Positions 34,985 to 42,820 of a stretch of 42,820 nt of DNA are shown here, piece by piece. A program made the translations under genes and the position numbers. Position 1 is the stretch's first letter; every line of letters begins with the position of its first letter. The notes under the pieces were generated by a model. That model did not search any database, had not been told where the DNA came from, and saw only the letters and a list, made by a program, of their open reading frames with translations. This DNA is from Kiritimatiellia bacterium (GTDB lineage: Bacteria > Verrucomicrobiota > Kiritimatiellia > RFP12 > UBA1067), in assembly GCA_045132115.1 (NCBI GenBank), contig JBGURT010000111.1:1-42820 (forward strand), in the 5' to 3' direction.

Positions 34985-36151
34985 TTAGAAATCCAGTCCC
35001 GCATCGTCGAACGCACCGTCGTCGGAGGAGCCGGAACCGGCATCGGCGTCATCGCCGCCTTCATCGCCGGCGCTGCCGCCGTCATCCTCGTCGATGTCGA
35101 TATCGACGATATCGGTATCGGACGCGGCCGCGGCACGCTCCTTGGCTTCTTGCTCGGACTTGTCGTCTTTGTCCTTCTGGTGCTCGGAACCCGTAGTCTC
35201 ATGATGGTTTTCGGCGAACCAATAGCGATCCTTGCGGTCGCCGTTGGTGTCGAAAGTCATGATGGTGACGGCAAGATTCTCGCCTACCGCGGGAACCGCG
35301 CGGTGAATGCGCACTGCGGTCTTGGGCGAAAGGAGCCAATCGGCATAGCGGTGCTCCGTGGTCTTCTCGCGGGTATCGAGGTCTATCGCCTCCCAAAGGC
35401 CGACGTCAAGCTTGACGGCGAGATCGCCCGCTTTGCCGTAGAGGCCGGTGAAAAGGAGGTCCGAAGAACTGCGGATGACAAACCCTTGCGAAGCGCGAAG
35501 GTTCAAGACGTCAAAGTGACGGCCCTTGACGGACATATTGCCCGTAAGGCACTTGATGAAGCACCTGTCGCCGTCGCCGGTCTTCTCGTACTCGTAGCGG
35601 GATTCGCCGGCGGCGTTCACGACGGTAAAGCCCGGGGCGGAAACGAGAATCATGTCCTCCGGCATGCTGCGCGGAAGATTGACGTTGATCTTGCCGGACT
35701 TGAGTTCTATCGTGCGGGTTTTGACGTCCAGACCCTGCGACACGGTCGCGAAGGAAGAATCGCCCTCGACCAGCACTTCAACCTTTGGGCCAAGACGGAT
35801 CTTGGCCGTAGAGGCCGCGCCGACGGTGCGGAACGCGGTCCCGAGCGGATAAAACCGCCCTTCTTCCGCATCGCGCCATTCGGTCTGGGTTGGAGCAAGC
35901 GCTTCGCACTTGCCCTCGTATTGATGGCAAAGCGACAAGACGTAGTAGAGCTTTTCCGGCGCCTTGCTCTTTTTCTGAGCGGCGGCCTCTTCGCCTTCTT
36001 CGTCTTCTTCGGCCTCTTCTTCATCGCCATCGGCGGCTTCTTCGGTTTCCTCCGCCTCTTCGCCGTCGCCCATGAGGTCCGAAAGGTCCTCATCCTGCGC
36101 GTGCACGGCGAAGCAAGCCGCCGCCGCCACGGCAAAAATCAGTTTTTTCAT
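34985..36151 (-). CDS. Secreted hypothetical protein with poly-acidic N- and C-terminal tails (388 aa)
   Basis: It begins with the signal peptide MKKLIFAVAAAACFAVHA/Q. The first ~45 mature residues and the last ~70 residues are dominated by D, E and G, and the core is beta-rich. Its ATG (36149-36151) overlaps the galK TGA as ATGA. Confidence 0.6.
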   Translation of the reverse strand: MKKLIFAVAAAACFAVHAQDEDLSDLMGDGEEAEETEEAADGDEEEAEEDEEGEEAAAQKKSKAPEKLYYVLSLCHQYEGKCEALAPTQTEWRDAEEGRFYPLGTAFRTVGAASTAKIRLGPKVEVLVEGDSSFATVSQGLDVKTRTIELKSGKINVNLPRSMPEDMILVSAPGFTVVNAAGESRYEYEKTGDGDRCFIKCLTGNMSVKGRHFDVLNLRASQGFVIRSSSDLLFTGLYGKAGDLAVKLDVGLWEAIDLDTREKTTEHRYADWLLSPKTAVRIHRAVPAVGENLAVTIMTFDTNGDRKDRYWFAENHHETTGSEHQKDKDDKSEQEAKERAAAASDTDIVDIDIDEDDGGSAGDEGGDDADAGSGSSDDGAFDDAGLDF

Positions 36152-37320
36152 ACGAGATGGGCTCCTTCCGAAGGCTTGATGAGGCTGATCGTGGGTTCAT
36201 CGCCGAATTTCGCCTTGTATTCGCGGGCGATCGCGGCCGAAATGCGGTCGGCGGCCGAAGGATCGACGAGCAGGCAGCAGCTGCCGCCGAATCCGCCGCC
36301 GGAGAGACGCGCACCGTAGACTTCAGGAATCGCCTTGGCGGCATCGACGATCGCATCTAGCTCCTCGCAGGAGTTCTCGAACCAGTTGCGGCTCGACTCG
36401 TGGGAATCGTACATGAGCGCGCCAAAGCCCTTGAGGTCGCCCTTTTCGAGAAGTTCCGCACCCTGGATCACGCGCTCGTCCTCGCCGATCGGGTGTACGG
36501 CGCGGCGGGCGACCGTCTCGGAAAGGCCGCCGCGGTAGAGCACCCACTCGGCCATCGTGACATCGCGCAGATGCGTCACCTTCTTGCGCAGCACGCCGGC
36601 GAAATACTTCGCGGCCTCTTCGCAGGCGGCGCGACGGCTAGCGTATGCGCCATCGACGAGCGCATGCTTGGCGTTGGACTTGACCATCATGAACGCCACG
36701 CCCTCGCCCATCGGAACCGTCTCGAAAGTATTGGAGCGGAAGTCGCTCTTCACGAGCGCGCCTTCCTTGCCGTACATGGAGCTCGCCTGGTCGAGCAGAC
36801 CGCACGGACAGCCGGCGAAGGTGTGCTCGGCCTTCTGTCCGATCTTGGCAAGTGTCGTCTTGTCCTTGTCGATGCCGTAGAGTTTGGAAAGCGCAAGCGC
36901 GGTGCACATCTCGAGCGCGGCGGAGGAGGAAAGACCGGCGCCAAGCGGAATGTTGCCGAGGAACATGCCCTTCCATCCGTGCGCGGCCTTCGCAGGTTCG
37001 CCGTCGAGGAGCCAGTTGAAGGTTCCCGTCACGTAGTTCTGCCACGTCATTTCCTTGGCGGGCGCGACGGTGTCGAGCGTGAACTTGGCCGTCTCCATGA
37101 AGTCGCCGGCGGTAAGTTCGCAGGTGCGGTCGGCCGTGGGCGCAGCCGCAAAGAACGTGCCCTTGTCGATCGCCGCCGAGAAAACATATCCCTCGTTGTA
37201 GTCGGTGTGGTTGCCCAAGACTTCGATACGGCCGGGCGCGTAGGCCACGACCTCCGGCTTCATGCCGTAAAGCTTCTCGAATTTCGCCACGAGCTCTTCA
37301 TAGACTTCCTGGTTCAGCAT
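36148..37320 (-). CDS. galK: Galactokinase
   Basis: GHMP kinase and galactokinase signatures are present: GRIEVLGNHTDYNEGYV, PLGAGLSSSAALE and SGGGFGGSCCLLV. I start it at MLNQEVYE (ATG 37320), which has the SD AAGGAGAA upstream. Confidence 0.85.
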   Translation of the reverse strand: MLNQEVYEELVAKFEKLYGMKPEVVAYAPGRIEVLGNHTDYNEGYVFSAAIDKGTFFAAAPTADRTCELTAGDFMETAKFTLDTVAPAKEMTWQNYVTGTFNWLLDGEPAKAAHGWKGMFLGNIPLGAGLSSSAALEMCTALALSKLYGIDKDKTTLAKIGQKAEHTFAGCPCGLLDQASSMYGKEGALVKSDFRSNTFETVPMGEGVAFMMVKSNAKHALVDGAYASRRAACEEAAKYFAGVLRKKVTHLRDVTMAEWVLYRGGLSETVARRAVHPIGEDERVIQGAELLEKGDLKGFGALMYDSHESSRNWFENSCEELDAIVDAAKAIPEVYGARLSGGGFGGSCCLLVDPSAADRISAAIAREYKAKFGDEPTISLIKPSEGAHLV

Positions 37321-37369
37321 GATGGTGTTCTCCTTGATGGTGTTCTGGGTGTCTTGGATTGTTGGGAAA

Positions 37370-38692
37370 TCAGTCGATCTTGATGTCGGTATTGACGTTC
37401 TTGGAGAACGCCAGCGCATAGACGAAGAGGTACGCGAGGCAGAAGGCGGGAACCGCGAAACCGAAGAGGAACCCGGCCTTGTCGCCGATGTAGCTTTGCA
37501 GCAGAGGCAAAATGCCGCCGCCCACGACCATCGTCATGAAAAGCCCGGAGGCCTGCTCGGTGTACTTGCCGACGCCTTCGGTCGAAAGGTTGAAAATCAC
37601 CGACCACATGACCGAAGTGCAAAGGCCCATGAGCACGAAGCAGAACGCGCCGACCGGCACGTTCACCGTCGTCGCGGCCGCGCCTTCCGCCTTGGCGGCT
37701 ACTTCAAACGGGATATTGACGCCACCGGCGATCAGCGCGACGCCGCAAACCAAAAGCGCGATCGAAACGCCCGAAGCCCAAAGGAGCATCGTGCGCGGGG
37801 ATATCTTGCCGCCAAACGCCGCGCCGAGCATACGTCCGGCGAGCATGAACAGGAACACGGCGCCCGCAAGCGTGCCCGCGACAACCGCCGCCGCATCGCC
37901 GCCGCCCATGAGCGCCTGCACGCCCTTGGAGGATGTAGCCGCAGGGATGCCGGCCTCAACGCCCATATAGAGGAAGATGCCGATCACGCCCAAAAGGCAA
38001 TGGCGGAAGGCGAGTGCGCTGCGCTCGTAGACGACGTCTTTCGCGCGCTCGGTGGGGTTGGTGATAGGCAACAGCGCGATGATGACGGTCGCCGCGACAA
38101 AGATCGCCATCGCGGTAATGAGGACTCCGGTCACATCGCTGAACTTGGTCGAATCGGTAACTTCGCCAACGACCATCGGCACGACTACCATCGCCGCGCC
38201 CTGGAACATCGAGTTGATCGAGCCGCCTGCGAGGTTGAGCTGGTTGCCCTTGTTGCCGCCGCCGACAATCGAGTTGAGCGTCGGGTTGATCACGCCATTC
38301 AAGAGGCAGTTGGAGGTTCCGGAAATGAACGCGCCGACCAGGTACACGAACCAGGCCGCAGGCACTCCGCCGACCACGCCGATGTTCACATAACCGGAAA
38401 CGAGCTGCACGAGAATGCCCAGCGCGCCCGATCCCGTCGCCAAAAGCGCAGTCGCCTTGTAGCCGTATTTCTGCAGCACACGGCCCATGGGATAGCCCAT
38501 AAGGAGATAGGCAAGGAAGTTCATCATGTTGCCCATCATGCCGAGCGTGGCGTGGCCCTTGATGCCGTCTACGCCTTCCCAGATGCGCCCCGCCGGAGCA
38601 GCGAGATACGTCATGAAGCCGCACATCGCATAGAGCGCAAACATCGTGACAATACCTACAAGCTTGCCGTTGCTTTTGTTCTCAGATGACAT
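37370..38692 (-). CDS. MFS sugar transporter (FucP/GluP glucose-galactose-fucose permease-like)
   Basis: It is a 440-aa polytopic protein with about 12 hydrophobic segments and the length and layout of the FHS subfamily. Its position directly upstream of galK suggests galactose as a substrate, but that is inference. Confidence 0.65.
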   Translation of the reverse strand: MSSENKSNGKLVGIVTMFALYAMCGFMTYLAAPAGRIWEGVDGIKGHATLGMMGNMMNFLAYLLMGYPMGRVLQKYGYKATALLATGSGALGILVQLVSGYVNIGVVGGVPAAWFVYLVGAFISGTSNCLLNGVINPTLNSIVGGGNKGNQLNLAGGSINSMFQGAAMVVVPMVVGEVTDSTKFSDVTGVLITAMAIFVAATVIIALLPITNPTERAKDVVYERSALAFRHCLLGVIGIFLYMGVEAGIPAATSSKGVQALMGGGDAAAVVAGTLAGAVFLFMLAGRMLGAAFGGKISPRTMLLWASGVSIALLVCGVALIAGGVNIPFEVAAKAEGAAATTVNVPVGAFCFVLMGLCTSVMWSVIFNLSTEGVGKYTEQASGLFMTMVVGGGILPLLQSYIGDKAGFLFGFAVPAFCLAYLFVYALAFSKNVNTDIKID

Positions 38693-38724
38693 GATATTTT
38701 CCTTTATGGGTTTTATTGCTAGAT

Positions 38725-38753
38725 ATTATACAATATTTTGCAAGTTATGTCAA
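38725..38753 (-). promoter_or_regulatory. Consensus sigma70 promoter for the MFS-galK unit: TTGACA - 17 nt - TATAAT
   Basis: The minus strand reads TTGACATAACTTGCAAAATATTGTATAAT. The -35 (38748-38753) is formed by the last two sense codons of alaS (TTG ACA, followed by TAA). The -10 is at 38725-38730, and the SD AAGGAAAA precedes the ATG at 38692. Confidence 0.75.
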
Positions 38754-40553
38754 GTTTCCGATGACCGCTTTGATGCGCCTGACGCCGGCCGAAGACGACT
38801 GTTCCTTCTGGATCTTGAAGCTCCCGAGCTCGCTCGTGTTCTCCACGTGCGGGCCGGAACAAATCTCCTTGGAAACGTCGCCTATCGAGTACATGCTCAC
38901 CTGGTCGCCGTACTTCGCGCCGAAGAGCGCCATTGCGCCTTCGGCCTTGGCTTCTTCGACCGTCGTCATCTTTTTCGTGACCGGAATCGCCGCCTTGATC
39001 CATTCGTTCACCTTGGCTTCCACCTGGGCGATCTGCTCGTCGGTCATCTTTTCCGGCCAGGTGAAATCGAACCTGAGCCGCTCGGGGGTGATATTCGATC
39101 CCTTCTGGTTCGCCGTGGGACCCAAGACCTGATGGAGCGCGGCATGCAAGAGGTGCGTGGCGGTGTGCATGCGCGTGACGACGGCCGAATTGTCCTGCAG
39201 TCCGGCCTTGAACGAGCCCGCGCTAGTCGTGCGGGAAAGTTCCTGGTGCTTGCGGTTGGCTTCTTCAAAGCCTTCCTTGTCCACCGCGAGCCCGGCCTTC
39301 TCCGCCATCTCGAGCGTCATCTCGAACGGGAAACCGAACGTATCGTAAAGTTTGAACGCGGTCTTGCCGCTGATCAAAGTCTGGTTGTGGAGCTTGAGCT
39401 GCTCGGCGACCTTGTTGAACATCGCCTCGCCCTTGTCGAGCGTCTGGTTGAAGCGGTTTTCCTCCGCCTCGAGATCGAGCTTGCACTGCTCGAGGTTGAC
39501 GGCCAGTTCCGGATAGACGTTCTTGTACTTCTCGCAAATGACCTCTGCAAGCGTAACGGTGAAGCCCGGCGCGATGCCGAGCATGCGGCTGTAGCGGATC
39601 GCGCGGCGGATGAGGCGGCGGAGAACGTAGTTAGCGCCCACATTGCCGGGCTTGACGCCGCCTTTGGGATCGCAAAGGATGAAGGTCGCCGTGCGCATGT
39701 GGTCGGCGATGATGCGCCGCGCCTTGAGCACTTCATCGGGATCGGCGCCGGCGGGGACGCGGGAAAGTTCGTCTATCTTCGCCATGATCGGCGCGAAGAT
39801 TTCCGTATCGTAGACCGTTGGCGCGCCGCTCATCATGCAAATCGTGCGCTCCACGCCCATGCCGGTATCTACATTATGCCGCCCGAGGGGCTCGAACTTG
39901 CCTTCCGCATTCTTGTTGTACTGCATGAAGACGTCGTTCCAGATTTCGATATACTTGCCGCAGTGGCAGCCGGGGCGGCACTCCGGCGAGCACTTTTCCT
40001 TGCCGGTGTCGATGAACATCTCGGTATCCGGTCCGCAAGGGCCGGTTGTGCCGGCCGGGCCCCACCAGTTGTCCTCGCGCGGCAGGCGGAAGATGCGCTC
40101 GTCCGGGATGCCCATCTCGCGCCAAATCGCCGCCGCCTCTTCGTCGGCGGGGATGCCGTCCTCGCCCTTGAACACGGTAACATTGAGCTGGGAGGGATCG
40201 AAGCCAAGGTGCTTGGTGAGGAACTCGAACGACCAGGAGATCGCCTCGCGCTTGAAATAGTCGTTGAGCGACCAGTTGCCGAGCATTTCGAAGAAAGTAA
40301 GGTGCGCGGCGTCGCCCACGGCGTCGATATCGCCCGTGCGCACGCACTTCTGCACGTCGGTAAGACGCGTTCCCGCGGGGTGCTCCATCGCGCCCATGAG
40401 ATACGGCACCAAGGGATGCATGCCCGCCGTAGTGAAAAGGACGGTAGGATCGTTCTCCGGAATAACCGACGCCCCGGGGATTATCTTGTGCCCTTTGGAT
40501 TCGAAAAACTTGAGATACATCTCGCGGAGTTCGTCCGCAGTAAGATTCTTCAT
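38745..40553 (-). CDS. alaS: Alanine--tRNA ligase, short form (602 aa; catalytic, tRNA-recognition and editing regions, no C-Ala domain)
   Basis: The N-terminus is LREMYLKFFESKGHKIIPGASVIPENDPTVLFTTAGM, followed by FFEMLGNWS. The editing-domain zinc motif is present (HTATHLLHAAL ... CSGPHV). The ORF ends about 20 aa after the CxxxH motif. Confidence 0.85.
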   Translation of the reverse strand: MKNLTADELREMYLKFFESKGHKIIPGASVIPENDPTVLFTTAGMHPLVPYLMGAMEHPAGTRLTDVQKCVRTGDIDAVGDAAHLTFFEMLGNWSLNDYFKREAISWSFEFLTKHLGFDPSQLNVTVFKGEDGIPADEEAAAIWREMGIPDERIFRLPREDNWWGPAGTTGPCGPDTEMFIDTGKEKCSPECRPGCHCGKYIEIWNDVFMQYNKNAEGKFEPLGRHNVDTGMGVERTICMMSGAPTVYDTEIFAPIMAKIDELSRVPAGADPDEVLKARRIIADHMRTATFILCDPKGGVKPGNVGANYVLRRLIRRAIRYSRMLGIAPGFTVTLAEVICEKYKNVYPELAVNLEQCKLDLEAEENRFNQTLDKGEAMFNKVAEQLKLHNQTLISGKTAFKLYDTFGFPFEMTLEMAEKAGLAVDKEGFEEANRKHQELSRTTSAGSFKAGLQDNSAVVTRMHTATHLLHAALHQVLGPTANQKGSNITPERLRFDFTWPEKMTDEQIAQVEAKVNEWIKAAIPVTKKMTTVEEAKAEGAMALFGAKYGDQVSMYSIGDVSKEICSGPHVENTSELGSFKIQKEQSSSAGVRRIKAVIGNLT

Positions 40554-40586
40554 GATTCTTCCTTCAACAAATCTGGTTTTTCGTGT

Positions 40587-40615
40587 ATTATACCAAAATT
40601 CGGCGGCAAATACAA
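40587..40615 (-). promoter_or_regulatory. Sigma70 promoter for alaS: TTGTAT - 17 nt - TATAAT with a TGG extended -10
   Basis: The minus strand reads TTGTATTTGCCGCCGAATTTTGGTATAAT. The -35 is at 40610-40615 and the -10 at 40587-40592. The SD GAAGGAAG precedes the ATG at 40553. It shares the AATTTTGGTAT core with the giant-unit promoter. Confidence 0.7.
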
Positions 40616-40626
40616 GAGGATAGGGC

Positions 40627-41997
40627 TTAACGCGTCTTGGTGAAGCTTCTCGCGAGTCTCATCGACATGCGCATCGGGCGGTTGATCGCCCAGCCGCAAG
40701 CGTTGAGGATCGCGCCCAGATCGCGCCTGCGCAGTTTGAAGTAGCACAAGATAACGCTCGGGACCGAGACTAGCGCCACGATCGCGAGGACGCCTACTGC
40801 GATCTTCCACGCCGGCATGCTGCCTATCGCCGCCATGATGCTCGCGAACGCCGCGCCGACCATGCCGATGCCGATGCCAATCGCCGCCACGCTCGACGCC
40901 AGAGCCGCGCCGCCGCCGTTCTGGCTTTGCTGCGGCGGTTGCGAAGTCGCGGCGGTCACGTCGCCGAGAGCCTTCGTCTGTTTGTCGCCCAGGAATTTCT
41001 TGATCGAGCCCGCAATACCTTCGCCGACCTTCTTCCAAGGCGCCCAAAACGCCTCGCACAGCGAAACTTGCGCTTCCACGACCTTGGTGACCGCAGCTTC
41101 CCAGTCAAGCCCGTCGCGATCCTGGAACACGCCGTTGCGTCCGGCATAAAGCCCGGCGATCGTTCCTGCCGTCACCACCGCGCAAATATTGCGCTCCTTG
41201 CCCTCTCCGGGACGCTTTAACGAAAGATAGATGACGCAGCAATTGGACTTCTCGACTAGCGCAGAGTGTGCAGCCACGTTATCAACATGGAAGCAAAGGA
41301 TCATCTCCTTGGAGTCTATGCGCAGCGTGCCGGTCTGGAAAATCGCCATCTCGCCCTTGGTGTAGAGCTTTTTCATGTTGACGAAATTCTGCAAAAGCTC
41401 CAGGAGATGAAGCTTGTAGCGCAGAACGCGCTCTTCGGTTTCGTCGGCCTTGGGCGGCGGAGGAAGACGAGGATTGGCGCTTTTGAGCGCGTTCCATTCG
41501 TCACGCGTGAGTTCGGCCTTGTTCTTCAGCGCGCACTCCTTGACGAGCGCCTTCAAGAGCGGCGCGTATTTCGGATTCAAGGTCGCCCCCAGCGGGAGAG
41601 GCTTGTCGGGCTCGGTGGTGACGAGCGGCAAATCGTCGGGGATGGCGAAATACGCGTCTATCACGCTCTCCGCCGCCCAGACGGCCTTGGATGCGGCGCT
41701 AGGCTCGGGAGTCGGCGGCTGGCGCTTCACGAGTTCATCGAGCTTGGCGCGGTCGGCATCCTTGGGCGCGAAAAGCTCCTGGAGATCTACGCCCTGTTCC
41801 TGCAGGAACTTGATCGCCCCGACGATCTCGCCGATTCTTATGCGACCGTCGTGATCGGTGTCGATAAGCTCCAGCGTGCGCTGATCGAACCGCACTCCCG
41901 CCAGCGGCATGGAAAGCGCCTGGAATTCCTTGCGGTCCGCGGTTACTAGCTCTGCAATGTCCTTGCCGTTCCTGAGTCTGGTGGAATATCTGCCCAT
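40627..41997 (-). CDS. EF-hand-containing membrane protein, function unknown (456 aa)
   Basis: A canonical 12-residue EF loop, DTDHDGRIRIGE (aa 46-57, nt 41827-41862), is present. The C-terminal region has a Gly/Ala-rich hydrophobic stretch (AALASSVAAIGIGIGMVGAAFASIMAAIG) and a second TM segment (IAVGVLAIVALVSVPSVILCYF). The SD AAAGGAGAAA lies upstream. Confidence 0.6.
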   Translation of the reverse strand: MGRYSTRLRNGKDIAELVTADRKEFQALSMPLAGVRFDQRTLELIDTDHDGRIRIGEIVGAIKFLQEQGVDLQELFAPKDADRAKLDELVKRQPPTPEPSAASKAVWAAESVIDAYFAIPDDLPLVTTEPDKPLPLGATLNPKYAPLLKALVKECALKNKAELTRDEWNALKSANPRLPPPPKADETEERVLRYKLHLLELLQNFVNMKKLYTKGEMAIFQTGTLRIDSKEMILCFHVDNVAAHSALVEKSNCCVIYLSLKRPGEGKERNICAVVTAGTIAGLYAGRNGVFQDRDGLDWEAAVTKVVEAQVSLCEAFWAPWKKVGEGIAGSIKKFLGDKQTKALGDVTAATSQPPQQSQNGGGAALASSVAAIGIGIGMVGAAFASIMAAIGSMPAWKIAVGVLAIVALVSVPSVILCYFKLRRRDLGAILNACGWAINRPMRMSMRLARSFTKTR

Positions 41998-42040
41998 TTT
42001 CGTTTCTCCTTTGGGATTGTCTGTTGCCCGTTCCTTGAAA

Positions 42041-42667
42041 TCAAATGAATCCTGCCCTTGCCAAAGCCTCCTCCGTGAGCCCCTGGCGCGGCGAATTTTT
42101 GGCGATGTACTTGCCGAGGATGTCGCTCTCGAGGTTTACCTTGGCACCCGGGCGTTTGATCCCCAGCACCGTCTCAGAAAGAGTGGTGGGGATGAGGTCC
42201 ACGCACAGGAAACCGTCGCCGATTTCGGTTATGGTGAGCGACACGCCGTCGATCGCGATGGATCCTTTGAGGACACTCTGCGCCGCCATCACGCGACCGC
42301 ACTTGATTTTGAGGCGGAAGTCCCTGCCGCGCGGCGAAAGGCTCTCGATAACGCCGACGCAATCGACATGGCCTTGCACGATATGCCCGCCGAGCGCATC
42401 TCCCGCCCTGAGCGCACGCTCGAGATTCACCTTCGCGCCCGGAAGAAGCTCGCCGAAGTACGTCCGCTCTTCCGTCTCGCGCAGCACATCCGCCGTGAAA
42501 CGCGTCGCATCGTGCCTTGCGACCGTGAGACATACGCCGTTCACGGCGATCGATTCGCCGTCCTCGAGCGGCGGAGCCCATGCGCCGGATTCGATCTCCA
42601 GCACGAGGCCCGCCGAGCGGCTGACGCGCTTTACCGTGCCAAGCCTTTGGATTATGCCCGTGAACAT
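42041..42667 (-). CDS. ribE: Riboflavin synthase alpha chain
   Basis: The N-terminus is MFTGIIQRLGTV. The duplicated lumazine-binding repeats are present (GESIAVNGVCLTV and GSIAIDGVSLTI), as is VNLERAL...GGHIVQGHVD. The track ORF carries a 50-aa upstream extension that I reject. Confidence 0.9.
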   Translation of the reverse strand: MFTGIIQRLGTVKRVSRSAGLVLEIESGAWAPPLEDGESIAVNGVCLTVARHDATRFTADVLRETEERTYFGELLPGAKVNLERALRAGDALGGHIVQGHVDCVGVIESLSPRGRDFRLKIKCGRVMAAQSVLKGSIAIDGVSLTITEIGDGFLCVDLIPTTLSETVLGIKRPGAKVNLESDILGKYIAKNSPRQGLTEEALARAGFI

Positions 42668-42820
42668 ACGAAAACATCCTCCGTTTTGCCGCCCCCGAAA
42701 ACTACCGCCTCGCCAATTTTGCGCGTCCCTATCACCTTGGGGCAAAGCACCGTAATCCACTCGTCCACAAGTCCCGCCTCTGCAAGGGATGTCGCGAGCT
42801 TGAGCCCGCCCTCGCACAAG
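42652..42820 (-). CDS. ribD: Riboflavin biosynthesis protein RibD, C-terminal 55 codons only (5' end lies outside the window)
   Basis: The frame from 42819 downward reads LCEGGLKLATSLAEAGLVDEWITVLCPKVIGTRKIGE...VCSRA*. This matches the RibD reductase C-terminus pattern (EGG..L..S....GLVDE......P...G). Its TAA at 42652-42654 overlaps the ribE start by 16 nt. Confidence 0.6.
   Translation of the reverse strand, partial: LCEGGLKLATSLAEAGLVDEWITVLCPKVIGTRKIGEAVVFGGGKTEDVFVCSRA

Noticed and set aside
1-42820. A search for mobile-element boundaries (integrase, transposase, tRNA attachment site, inverted or direct terminal repeats) around the giant module.
   Set aside because: No ORF on either strand has recombinase or transposase motifs. 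No tRNA-like sequence or flanking repeat was seen at 5.4 kb or 31.6 kb. Island status therefore rests only on the tentative GC impression.

Overview
This is a 42.8-kb, GC-rich window in which every gene I can support lies on the minus strand. There are 22 complete CDS plus 2 CDS truncated at the window edges. I found no rRNA, tRNA, CRISPR array, transposase or integrase. The long plus-strand ORFs in the track are antisense shadows of the minus-strand genes. Three near-consensus sigma70-type promoters sit in the only AT-rich intergenic islands and appear to divide the window into transcription units. (a) The right edge carries ribD' (3' end), ribE and an EF-hand membrane protein. (b) P(alaS) drives a short alaS. 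(c) P(MFS) drives an MFS sugar transporter, galK, an acidic-tailed secreted protein, a PpiD-like chaperone, dut, def, an FmdB zinc ribbon protein and tadA. (d) P(giant) drives a roughly 2,400-aa secreted protein, a 130-aa lipoprotein joined to it by an ATGA overlap, and a 6,165-aa secreted mega-protein. With no visible terminator, the same unit continues into ackA, pta, kdsD, a 238-aa secreted protein and a PilM-PilN fusion that runs off the left edge. The three-gene giant module (5440..31571) covers about 61% of the window and is the best candidate for an undescribed system. It is probably a calcium-dependent cell-surface fibre or adhesin apparatus. The mega-protein combines PKD-like domains, many thrombospondin-type-3-like DxDxDG motifs, a LamG-like jelly roll, a duplicated ~730-aa super-repeat and four tandem ~230-aa modules of a motif set I do not recognise. 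Its partner protein carries a lamin-tail-like domain. All domain calls come from reading the translations by eye, with no searches run. The taxonomic impression (PVC-type diderm, Verrucomicrobiota or Lentisphaerota-like) is inference only.
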